Shown here: positions 50,688-62,175 of the stretch, one piece after another
Layout: every line of letters starts with the position of its first letter
How positions within the stretch are numbered: the first letter of the stretch is position 1
Origin: Psilocybe cubensis
Lineage: Eukaryota
Length of the DNA stretch: 64,000 nt
NCBI GenBank assembly: GCA_017499595.2
Contig: CM039002.1
Coordinates: forward strand, 310,001 to 374,000
Direction: 5' to 3'
The notes under the pieces: generated by a model
The model's database searches: none
Told to the model about the DNA's origin: nothing
The model's input: only the letters and a program-made list of their open reading frames with translations
Program-made: the position numbers and the translations under genes

Positions 50688-51316
50688 CTTGAGGTCTAGA
50701 TCTAGGAAGGAGAGTTTCCTCTGGGGTATTACGTAGAAAAAATCTGTCCTATTTATCTAGAAGCATCTCATTATTTTGAGGAAACTCTAAACTGCGCAAT
50801 GATTCGCGTCAGTTCAAGGGGCGAGTGCGGGAAGAAAGTCAGTGTTTTAGGAACAGGATTTGGAGGAGTCCTAAAGCTCTGTTTCCTGGAGTATTTTTGC
50901 TGGCTGGTAGGGCGTGATCCAGTACCTGATTTCATGTGAACCTAAAACCAAACTAAGGGTAAGTGTGGCCATTTTAACGCCTCACTTTGATGGAGCTCAA
51001 CAGAGGGTGGCTTTAAACGCCAGCACATTGAGGAGAGTTGTGGGCGCATGAGGGTTACTGTAAGACCTCGGCGTTGTCCTGGGCGTCTCGCTTAATCCTC
51101 GCAGTAACAGTGCTTCGCTAACGATCCACTGACTGTAGGACTGCAATGATGATTCGGTACAGGAATAACTTGGGAATAGACTTGAAACTGTACCTTTCAA
51201 GTGCAATCAGGGGTCTTATTGCTAAGAATAAGTGGCGTGTACAAATCGAATTTGCAGGTCACAGGGACTTTTTGGATCGACAGTTGAACGTGAGCGCTGA
51301 ATATGAATGATATTGA

Positions 51317-52105
51317 TCATCTTGAGCGCGTCAGCAGCTGTAGTTCTATTGACAGAGGCCAAACATCAACCGGCATATACGAGACACAGGCGGAGTCCGG
51401 ACATCCAAAATAGAGAGCTGTGGTGAGTCGCGCCTGATAAGTTTGATAAGATAGGCAGATTGATAAAGAGGTCGAGGGATAAATGAGGGAATCTGATGAG
51501 TTGCATTGAGGTATTGTTGAGGTGACATTGCAGGGTTGGCTTGTCATCCTCGTGCCCTTGAATCCAGGAAATATTAAACTTGGGATCGTCTGTAATATTC
51601 GAAGACGTGCGTAAACACAATCAATAGTACAGAAGATCAAGATCCAACGTGAACTATACAAAAGATTATTCAACACGTGTCTGATTGATTTCGCAAACGA
51701 GGCGCGCAGAGACCTGATCCCCTTATCTTCTATACCTATCGATAGACGATGGTATGAATTTTGCGGTGAAACACTTGTTTTGAAGTAACATGTTAGGGGT
51801 AGCGACTTCGGAGACTCTTTCTCGCCTGAAGGCTGCTTTGATTTGGTCTTCTCGGAGTGTGATGAATAGTAAGATAAGAGATCATAATGAAGAGAGAAAT
51901 TTGTGGACGAACCAAGAAAAGATGTTTTTTCTCTGATCTCCATTGGATCCTTCCGCCGCTTAGTGAGTTTCCGGCGCATAGAAACCTGCTTTGTAGGTGA
52001 CTCCAGTCTTACTTCGGCATCTGAACCTACTATCGCAGAATTGTTTTCATTATTGGCGGTAGAGAGGCACGGAACAGGAACGTGAACTGGAAGATTCGCT
52101 GGCAT
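51317..52105 (-). CDS. Possible hypothetical protein (unsupported ORF)
   Basis: Open frame of about 260 codons from MPANLP; no recognisable motif. Confidence 0.25.
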   Translation of the reverse strand: MPANLPVHVPVPCLSTANNENNSAIVGSDAEVRLESPTKQVSMRRKLTKRRKDPMEIREKTSFLGSSTNFSLHYDLLSYYSSHSEKTKSKQPSGEKESPKSLPLTCYFKTSVSPQNSYHRLSIGIEDKGIRSLRASFAKSIRHVLNNLLYSSRWILIFCTIDCVYARLRILQTIPSLIFPGFKGTRMTSQPCNVTSTIPQCNSSDSLIYPSTSLSICLSYQTYQARLTTALYFGCPDSACVSYMPVDVWPLSIELQLLTRSR

Positions 52106-52774
52106 GAATGGCAAGAGACTTACTTGTCGCCCCGATATCCAAATCCAAGTCTTTTCTGTACGTCGGACCTGCTTTGTCGAGCCCAATGGGAGACATGGAA
52201 ACGTTCCCTGGAGTTGTCGGATTTGCCTTTGAGAGTCACTTCTAAGTTGTGACGAAGAAAGGAGAGATATTCATCCGAAAATCATGACGCTAGAAGGAAC
52301 GCGGAAGGAAGGTTGGATATTTTAGGTGAGCCTCGTGCATCCCGTCACTGCCAGCAGTGACACCGCATAAAGCCCGCATTCAACATTGCGTCAAGAAGGA
52401 CATATGCAAAAGGAAATCCAGCGAGTACGGTCATCGTAGTATTCATGATGCCTCTTGAGTTGACGAAAGGACAAGAAAGTTAGAACTGAAGCTGAAGGGT
52501 AACTGATTGTTTGTTGAACCGTTATAACATTAAAGTTATGATCGTACAATTTTAAATCTCCGACAAGTCAGGCCGACGGCCGTGTCGCACTTCTCACGAC
52601 GGACTTTTAAACTGTCATGTCGGCCCGGAAATTGTTCAGTCCATGCTGTTAGGTAATCTGTCATTTCAGGAGCGTCACGGGTAGCACTTTTCAGTCCTCT
52701 GTGAAGGCTGCCTTCACATACACTGCTAGCGCCCATTGGTATATATCAAATAAACACGAGTTAAATACACGTTA

Positions 52775-53146
52775 CAGCTATTTTCATATCGATAAGCCCA
52801 ATCTTAAAATATATTCATACAGTCGGCTACAGTCGGCCTTGAATTTTTGCGTAACCTAGTTACATAAGGAATGCTCCGATGTTGAGTTTATATCAAACTA
52901 TGGTACGATCTGGCAGCAAAGCATCGACATACCTTTCAAGTTTGAGAAGGGAATGGCTTTAGGGTTGCTGCTAATGTGGTGGTATTGATCTTAGTTCTCA
53001 TAGTTCGACTTTTTGTAAATACTCATTGATGATTTTGCGAGTTTCCGTGATTTTGCCGTCTTCAGATTTTATGTTCCGCTCAATAAAATTTGTTGTTCGT
53101 GTATGTGTAAATTTAGGGAATAGGTCTATCGATATGAAAATAGCTA
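52775..53146. mobile_element. MITE, 372 bp, TA-flanked
   Basis: Same TIRs and interior as 25870-26230, plus an internal ACAGTCGGC duplication at about 52819-52837. Confidence 0.9.
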
Positions 53147-53311
53147 TAAGTGGTTGATTGTGTGCTTTTTGTTGGCATTTATGTAACTCGATTTCCAAAT
53201 GCAAAACGTGTTTCTAGATCAAATAGCCACGAATCTCGGATTTAGCCACGGAAAAACTACAGATTCACGTGAGGGCGAGAGGATGATTGTAGCTCTTCAT
53301 CCACGACCACG

Positions 53312-54610
53312 ATGTGGACAATACTGAAGGTAAACTTTCAGCTTTTCTGCAAAGACGGAACATACCCAGTACTATCTAGGCTATTTGGCACAGCCAAAGG
53401 ATGCTGGTCTATCCATCGGGCTTTGATGCATATCCACGAAGTACATTTTTGTTTGCTCTTTCTATTTCACTTGCTAACGTTTTTACTCCATCCAAAGTCG
53501 TGGATACCCCAGCAGAGTACTCTATGCCATACGAAGATGTTCAACTCGTCACGAAGGATAAAGTGACTCTATACTGTTATCTCGTCCGGAAAGACAACCT
53601 CGTGAGATAATATCAAGTTTTTCAAGTCACTGTCGACTCAGCTTCTCGCTTTAATCCAGGAAAAAACTAGGGGTACTGTGATACTATTCCATGGCAATGC
53701 AATGAATCACGGGGACATGCTGTCTCGAGCGACAAAATTCTTTTATCAAGGTTTTGCTGTACTGACACTTGAATATCGCGGGTTAGTTTGAATTTCATGG
53801 AGTAATATCTGTAAATTGATTATCCTATAGCTATGGCCATTGCAAAGGCGTGCCATCTGAGCGAGGTGAGCGGCGTAGCATCGTTCGGACGGTATTTCAA
53901 ATCCTAACGGAGCCTCAAACAGGTCTTTGCCTCGATGCGCAGGCCGCGGTAGACTACGTAACGTCCCACCGCACGCTGCGTGATTTACCAATCGTACGAT
54001 AATTTTACCAGAGTGCAGCCGTTTATGCTCAGCCTCACGTCTTTAGATTATATACGGGCAGTCATTGGGTGGCGGTGTAGCCATTTATGCCACATATAAA
54101 AATATTAATAAGGTACGTACTCAGTCAAACTTCATGGGTATGGATGGTATCTCAGGGAAATTTATTACAGGTATCCGCTCTGATTATAGAGAACACCTTT
54201 ACATCCATACCAGATCTCGTGAAGGGCATGCCGCTCATCAGACATTTTTCCTGGCTGTGTACTCAAAAATGGAGGTCTTTGGCCAAGTTGTCCCGTCTCC
54301 CAACGTCTTTGCCTATATTGATGCTTAGTGGTCGAAGCGATGAGGTGATACCTTACACACATATGGACAGATTATGGGCGGTAGCCCAAACTAGAGGTTG
54401 CTCAAAGAACAAAAAGAACCCTTCGAATGAAGAGTATCAACCTCCCCAGAAGGATCTGTACAAGGTTTTTCTTTATGGATCCCACAGTGAGTAGACCCTA
54501 CAAATTACATGATAAGAGTTCCTAATTGATCATTCCTGGTAGATAATACATTTCTACAGCTCGACTACTGGGAGACTATCTTTCATTTTCTAGAGACCGT
54601 TCTCGAATGA
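53312..54610 (+). CDS. Bem46/ABHD13-family alpha/beta hydrolase, copy 1
   Basis: QRMLVYP, ILFHGNA, EYRG/YG, GLCLDAQAAVDY, YGQSLGG, IIENTFTSI, LSGRSDEVIP, GSH; many short introns. Confidence 0.85.
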
Positions 54611-54876
54611 TTCATGCTTGTTACCCGCATCACCTATTTTAATCGCAAACCCGTCTTCCGGGTATATCTTTATATCTGAAAACATGCCGCGTCTGGCAGT
54701 TTCATTGCCAGTAAGACCTGTGCTCATCGCTCTTTTGATCACCAGAAAACTGCACAAATTTAGAGGCGACGGCTCCGCGTAGCGTGCGAAAATGTGTACG
54801 ACATGATATGATTCAAAGCTCGCAACAGCGCTCAGCGCTGGCAATCTGTTGGCTAGTGTCTACCGACACTCAAAGC

Positions 54877-56288
54877 ATGCCCTTGGTGATCCATGTTAAA
54901 ACTTCAACTGTTCAAACTGGTCCGTGTTGTTTCCATTTCTTCGACCGCTGAGTAATTGATCGTTGACGCTGGTGGTGGCCCGGCCGCTTTTTGCGCAGCT
55001 TTGTAAACATGGCCGGCGCTTGATCATCTATCCTCTGGGATTTGAAGGAATGAATGATGTACTGGAGCTTGGTATGCTATTGTAATTGTTTCGTCGTATT
55101 TTTTTCTAAGAAATGCATTGAGGACAACCCGTCACCCCACAGCAGTTGAAAATGGAGCCTTTTGAGGACATTACGGTGGTAACGGAGGATGGGATAAAGA
55201 TTCGCTGCTATCTTATTCAGAAGAAAGACAGCGAGACATATGTTGGTGGGCGCTATGCTCTCTATAGCATACTAATTCACTTTCTCGGACTTTTCGCATG
55301 CTAGGCTGATGCCCGAGGTACCATTATTCTATTTCATGGAAACTCGGCCGACCGCGGGGATCTTCTTGAACCGTTTGCGTCTCAGTGGTGGAATGAGTAC
55401 AATGTTCTTTTAGCCGAATATCGTGGGTAAGATAAGTACATCCAAATTATGTCCATGTTCACTGATAGTCCGTGACAGATACGGATTGTCAGAAGGAACC
55501 CCAACTGAAAAAAGGTGCCGTTCGACCTTGTGTGTGCAAGTCAGTGAATGAACGTACTCAGGACTGTGTAACGACGGGAAAGCTGTAGTGGATTACGTCC
55601 GCCACCATCCTCTCTTATCCGTACTACCTATTGTAAGATTTTCTGAATTCAATGTTACAGCACAGCATCGATAAGATTTTTCGTAGATTTTATATGGGCA
55701 CTCTCTAGGAGGCGCAGTGGCAATTCATGTTGCGAGCGAGAATTCGGACAAGGTATACTTCTTATGTCCTAGTTTTGCTCCAATTCCTCTAACAGGTCTA
55801 CACAGATAGATGCGTTGATCCTCGAGAATACCTTTGCGTCTTTGGCAGCTGTTGTACGAGATATCCCAATTGTGGGATGGCCCCTCTCAGTCTTTTGCCC
55901 AGATAAATGGAATTCAGTGGAGAAGATATCGAGAATACCCCAAGATATACCCATTCTACTTCTCGGGGGAATGAAGGATGAGGTGCTAAAGCTGCATCAT
56001 ATGAAATCGCTTTGGCGTGCAGTGAAGAAAAGGAATGCAACAAAGAGTCTGCAGAATTCTTCACAAACGGGCGGGGAAGAAAAAGAAGCAGGTGATCTAT
56101 ATGCTGTCCAAGACCAGTTTATTATCTTTCCAGATGGCCTTCACAGTGAGCAATCGATCAGTGTTATTGGCACTCCCTCGTGACTGATTCTGGGTTGTAT
56201 AGGTACTACACACGAAGAAAGCGGCTACTGGACTGTGACCTTTGGATTTCTTGATAGTGTCCAGAATTGGAGGTCAATCCAGAAATGA
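54877..56288 (+). CDS. Bem46/ABHD13-family alpha/beta hydrolase, copy 2
   Basis: RRLIIYP, ILFHGNS, EYRG/YGLSEGTPTEK, YGHSLGGAVAI, ILENTFASL, LGGMKDEVL, FPDGLH. The start codon is uncertain. Confidence 0.85.
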
Positions 56289-56394
56289 TATATACCATAC
56301 TTCCAGCATACTACCCTTCCGTTACTTCAACTTTCGCCTACTGTATTTATGCACTGGTTCTTCAAACTATATGTATCAAGAGGAGTCATGGCAC

Positions 56395-58061
56395 TCAATA
56401 ATCGAACTGTTGAAAGAAAGAGCGACGAGGAAGTCCAATGCGAGGATTACTGTATAGATCTTGGGATAGTATTGGGACAACTTTAGGCTCTCGATATTGT
56501 ATATTGATATTGAAGTCTTCCCCGTTGAGGTCGTTCAGGGCAGATTGCACTTTGGGATCGCCCGGCTCACAAAGCAAGCGTACCGCGACAGCCTTCAGCT
56601 TTCTAACCTCCGGGTGCAGTCCATCTCGCCGAAAATGCACGAATTCCAAAAGCTTCTGGTCGGAAAAATCTGCTCCTGTAGTACACTCTAGAACCTCTAA
56701 ATCCGGTAGGAAAATGCTCCCGGCTGTATCTGGAGTACACAGGAGGTCCAACAGGTTGTCGCTGAAGTTACAAGCTGGTTGGGGTGCCATATTCGTGAAA
56801 TCTGCATGGTGAATCATACCACTGAGATTTGGCAAGCAGGATAAGCGGGAAAGATTGGGGCAGAGATGGAGACACGTAATAAACTCGTCGTTCGACAACA
56901 TTGTGCAGTTAGTGATGAGGGTTTGAAGGCTACCCGGGATTCGTCGCAGAAGCGAAATTAGAGAGATTTTTGTGGCAGAGTGGCAGCAAAAAAACTGTAA
57001 ATGGGTCAAGGATGGAACTTGGAGACAATTTAAAAAGCCACATCCGTTATCGTGAAGGACCAATGAGCGAAGATCTCTAAGAGTAACTGTTTTTTCGATG
57101 GGTGCGTAGTTGAAGATTTTCTGGGGGTCAATCTCAACATGGAGTTGCAGTAGTTGCCCGCACAACTCAAGAATGTGCAACAGGGCGGATACCTGCCTCG
57201 ACTTACATGTTTCTCCTTCCAAAGTCAGTGTGGTGAGGCGTTCCCAGTTCAAAGGTAACTTTGAAAAATCTTCAGGAATGTTTCGAAGTGAGATGGCGGT
57301 GAGATTCGGTGCCTGAAAGATCCCGCTATTCTGACCCGAATATGGATGATTGTGCGACCGTAGATCCTTTACAGGGCATATCCTCAGAGATTTTAACATA
57401 GGAAAGGCCGAAGAAGGCATTTGAAAGATGCGTGCGATGTCACTTTGAGTTAAACAGAGGTCCACTTCTTTCCAACGCCGAGTGAGATTGACAACACATA
57501 CCAATAACCTGTACCCGTACGCAGAGAGGGAATAATAGTCGGGCCTGTAGAAGGATATGTACAATGGACATGCTCCTGACATAGCAAAGCAATCCAAGGT
57601 CAGTTTGCATCGCTTGTCTATGCTGTGCATCCAGGAATCAGCGACATGGATCGGTGGTGCAGGTGGGGTGGCAACATGGATTCTGGACCAGATAACGGGA
57701 GTCGTAAAGGCAATATCGCGCCAACCACGGCACACGCGAGTTAACAGGATTGGAATTTCGGTCGGGCATATTACTGCATTTGTATCAGTGGGAAGGCAAC
57801 AGAAAAAAATATGTCGTAGGACATCAACAGGGATCCGTCGAATGGGGGACAACAGTGCTTCATATTCGCTTCTTGTGGTGAGCAGCGCGTCGTATTGTTT
57901 GCGAATATTGTCGTAAATTGTGAAAGCGGCGTCCATCTCCTCACTTTCAACTCGTTCAGCTCGATTGTTTGTTGGGAAATTTGCTGTTTTATTTGGAAAC
58001 ATTCTTGATCACTGGGAGTATAATTTGTCCCTAATTCTGAAGCCAGGAAAATCTCTGTCAT
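56395..58061 (-). pseudogene. Coiled-coil F-box/LRR gene with one frameshift (pseudogene or assembly error)
   Basis: The family-typical N-terminus MTEIFLASELGTNYTPSDQECFQIK (ATG 58061) is in a different frame from EEMDAAF...LLSPIRRIPVDVLRHIF...ILLTRVCRGWRDIAFTTPVIWSRI. The shift is near 57945. Confidence 0.75.
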
Positions 58062-58394
58062 GGTTAGTCTGTTGAATGATATTAAGGCTGTGTGTGGATT
58101 GCAGAGATGTGGTTTGGACGTGATCGATTGGTGATAGTTGGTGATCGATGAGAGTTTTTGGATAGAAGTTTTTGAGAAGGAGTTCAATCTTGTTGAAATC
58201 TGATTGGCCAATCGAGAATCACGTATCACATGTGCGTGTCGCGACTTAGCGCGAAAGGCGACGCGCGTTACGCTCTAGGTTTGAATCCGACCACTCCCGC
58301 CAATAGACTATAGTTTAATTTGACGGACTCACTTAGGCATTAACTGCAGTTTATTCAGAAACCCCACGCAACCATCCGAATTCGTAAATCGAGG

Positions 58395-59565
58395 ACAGTA
58401 ACCGTCATGACCATGACCATGACCTGACCGACTTTACCATAAAAGGAATTTTCTCAGGGAATTGGACTGGCTCTGTAGCAACAAGATAGATTAAAAACGT
58501 CTGTAAACTATCTAGTTCAATAGAATATCTTCGGTCGTGTTATCAAACTCGAGATCTTCTTTGCCATCTGCATCAAGTTCTAATGAATCATACAACGCCA
58601 ACTCGTCTTGAAAGCTAAGATGTGCAAAATGGTTAAAGCGGTCCGTCCAGTGTTGAAGAAAAGTCAAAAAGAGTTGTCAAAGCCATCTGTAAAAATCTAG
58701 ACGAATGCCCTACTGGTTCATTATCCAGGCTGTCTTCTTCAAGCAATTGGGAATGCTGCTCTATGATGTTCCGGAATGACAAAGCGCGAGAAGGCTGCAT
58801 TGGTGTCTCTAATGACCCTGCCTTGGGTTGTCCAGACTTCAAGGGTCCAAAGGTACTAGTAGTGAGTGTTGGGGTAAATACCGGGACAAAGGACACTCCA
58901 ACAGACGGAGAAATTGTGTTACAAGCACCAACTTAAGGTAATATTAGCCATAGATAATAGAAGCAAACTAAAAAAAATATCAACTGTACCGTTGCTAGAT
59001 TCAGCTGCCAACTGCCCGGCTTGAGTCTCCAAGTCAAATTGAGAATTGCCTTTGTCTTTGTGTTTTTGAGTTGCTTGGAATTGTCTTTGAAGTCGAGGCT
59101 TTCCTTCAGATCGAATATAGTTGTCGCGTACATGCATTTTGAGCTCGCTCAGGTCGACAAGGGTACTGTTTGACAAACGCAATCGGTTGGTTAAAATATT
59201 CCCAAATACACTGAAAAGTCTCGCAGGACGCTGCATTGGCCCAAACCAAGAAAAGTTGGGATGCAAAGAGTAAAATATGGTACACAATTAGCTAAGAATG
59301 CTATCAGGCATTGTCAGTTGACTTCATTAGCAGCTATGGTCCTCCCAGGGCCCAGAGCCCCAACACTCTAGTGGATTCCATACGCTAAGTTCATTGATGC
59401 CGTGGTTCAATTTTGGAATAGCGCAGATGGCACTGAGTCAGCATTGAATATTGACAGCCAAATGGGTAACGTCATGACCGCTATGAACAGTCACTAACTG
59501 TCTCTGACTTTGATGGTAACCGTAACTTTTATGACCGTCATTCATGGGCTGACCGCCCACCACTG
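58395..59565 (-). mobile_element. hAT-superfamily DNA transposon relic
   Basis: Frameshifted ANAASC(E)RLFSVFGNILTNRLRLS...LSELKMHVRD matches the hAT C-terminal dimerisation motif. A terminus-like CAGTGGTGGGCGGTCAG starts at 59565 on the minus strand, and (A)TGACC subterminal repeats occur at about 58405-58430 and 59470-59555. The left boundary is uncertain. Confidence 0.65.
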
Positions 59566-60034
59566 GGTCATCGGTCAGAAGCGAAATTCTCTCCTTTTGG
59601 AGTTAAGTATTCGCGTTTTAAGGCTCAATAACATGAAGTGACAGCGCACTTCTTTTCCCAACACAGTATTTTGCCAAATCTTCAGCTGGATTTTGAATTG
59701 TGGGTCCTAGACTCCGTCATTTGAACTCGCCTTCATTTTAAATCCTCCTGTTTGCATTTTATAACTCTGGAATCTCTATATTCTTTCTCTCATTACTACT
59801 ACATAGCACAAGGGCCGCCAACTGGCTCCGGTAAATGGCTTCTAACGCCCCCTGTCAAATACTAGTTACGACATTAGAAGAAGGCTAGCTTAATTTGTCG
59901 GCTTTATATACGAGAGGTGAAGCTTACATGCATGCTTAGTGTATCTTTTTCAAGTTACCTGCCTCTTCACAGTCGTTTCTCGTGTCCCGTACCAGTCACT
60001 CTTTTAACCTATTCCAATCCAATCGCACTTAAAG

Positions 60035-60985
60035 ATGTTCAAGCTATCTGTAGCGTTCATCACTTTTGTCCTTTTCCAAAACATACTGGCCGCTCCGGTC
60101 CTGCTCACAACCTCCCCACTGGGTACTACAGAAGTCAATGCGGTAAACCGTAAGCTTCTTTGTAACATACGTAGACCTAACCTGACGCTTTGATTGACTG
60201 CAGGTCGCGCCAACGGTGATCCTGGACAGGCGCATGACATATACAGCAATGATATCTCTGTCTTGGACAATGAAGACGATATTGTCAACCGTAGGCAGAG
60301 TGCAGGATCTGTTATAGCGACCCTGCCACCTCATTTGCAGGGAACTACGACAGGTGGTTCTCTCGGCCCATACACTGGTGTCTTCAACACCGTCGGAGAC
60401 ACTTTCGACCTCCCGCATGCACGCGAAATTCGACCTATCCACATCTTGCCTAATCCACTCGAAGCTGTTCATGGAGTCTCTGTCAGAGAACTGCCTGACA
60501 CTTTGATTGACCACACAGACGATGATGGCTCGCTTCTCGACCCTTTGTCTGCCCCAACTTCACTTGTAAGCCACGATGGCCTGGGAGACGGTGGTCTTTC
60601 GGATCCCGCGGCTTCATTGAACTCCCTCGTTGACCCCGATGATGATGGTGAAGATGGAGACGATGACAATGATGACGACGACGGGAAAGATGACGGTGGG
60701 GACGAAAGTGAAGGTGGGGACGATGACAATGGGGCCGATATGGACAATGATATCGGTGTTGATAAGGACGGGGAAGATGATGAATACAGTAGTGATGTGG
60801 AAGACAATGACACTAACTTGGACAACGGAGACGATTCGATCGAAGGGGAGCAGAACACCGCCGACAACGAAGACAGCGGTGACGGAGGCGAGGACGATGT
60901 TGAAGGTCGCACTGAAGATATACCCCGCCGTCCGTTCAGATTACCGCCACCCTCCCGACTCTCCAGGTCGCTTCCTCCTTGTTGA
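60035..60985 (+). CDS. Secreted Asp/Gly-rich acidic low-complexity protein
   Basis: Exon 1 MFKLSVAFITFVLFQNILAAPV (signal peptide); intron about 60150-60203 joins in frame to ORF 60194-60985. Confidence 0.75.
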
Positions 60986-61189
60986 ATCACTCTTGAATAT
61001 TATTCAACGGTAGATGTGTCGAATCCGCAGTACCTGCTGTCCGTTTCGTCTTCTACTAGTACTAGCTAATAAAATACTTTTTTAATTTAACCAAAATCTG
61101 CAGAATCTACCCTTTTCATCCTAAAAAACATTGTCTATATGTATTTGCGATACAAGACGCAATTTTCCAACAAGGAACTGCGATTGACG

Positions 61190-61905
61190 AGGACCCGGGA
61201 AGCTCCCGTACAGGCATGTCCGGATTTTCGCGGATTTCAGGCCAAAAAATGGCAATTTCTTTGTCCAGTTCTCGCCGATTTGAGGGCGCCGCAGGCAAAA
61301 TTTTGGCCAAAAAAAGTCCGGTTTGGCGGATTTGAGGCCCATATTTTAAAAACCTTCTGTAGTAATTGTTCAAAGGCGGCATGCCGCAACCATTTTTTCC
61401 CAGATGCAGCTAATTGTTGGCCAAATTTGGGGCTGGGATCCCGCTTAGATTGCAATGATTGGCCAGCGTCTATTATCTAAGAGCGGTAGACGATGTAAAT
61501 CAACGGAAACGCACAGTAGTAAATCGAAGCAAGGTTACATTTCCTATATACAGCATATTGGTGAAACTTGAAGACGTCTTTTCTCTGCTACCCTGACATA
61601 TTTCTTCACTATCCTGATAACTAGTAATAGAGGTTCCACCTCCTCAAAATCCTTCCCCTCGAGGCCTGTAACACCTAAATATTTACTCCATATGTTTCTT
61701 TTGCAATCAGTTAATGACTTGTCGAGCCGTCGAGTGGTTTTGCAAGCTCGCCCCGCAGGGCTGAAAAAAAATTCCTAATCGGGAAATCCCCTATCGGGCA
61801 TTGTCCGGTTTCGCGGATTTGAGCCCCAAAATCTCGCGGATTTGAGGGCAAAAATTGGGATCCCAGGCGGACATGCTTATAGTTATAGGGGAGCTTCCCG
61901 GGTCT
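61190..61905. mobile_element. Non-autonomous TIR element, 716 bp, 8-bp TSD (hAT-like)
   Basis: GATTGACG|AGGACCCGGGAAGCTCCC ... GGGAGCTTCCCGGGTCT|GATTGACG (TSDs 61182-61189 and 61906-61913); repeated subterminal (TC)GCGGATTTGAG motifs. Confidence 0.9.
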
Positions 61906-62175
61906 GATTGACGCCAAGGACACACCTTGTCAATTGATTGAATCACAATTTTAAAGCTCCGATAGAAATTTGCATTCCGAACCAACCAGGTAGGTCTATA
62001 GACTATTGTATTTGTTGTACCACAACCAACACCAACCCAACAGCGTTCATTGTACATTTCAATTCATTATATTGAAGGAGGTTATCTGGTTGAAACTTTT
62101 CACAAGCTCCGATAACCGCAAAGCTACGCGCACAACGGTGTACAAGAAGTCGAACAACGTCTTCAACTTCACGGA

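Noticed and set aside
60469-61013. Ser-rich antisense ORF and Met/Thr-rich alternative-frame ORF
   Set aside because: Shadows of the GAY-rich acidic gene.
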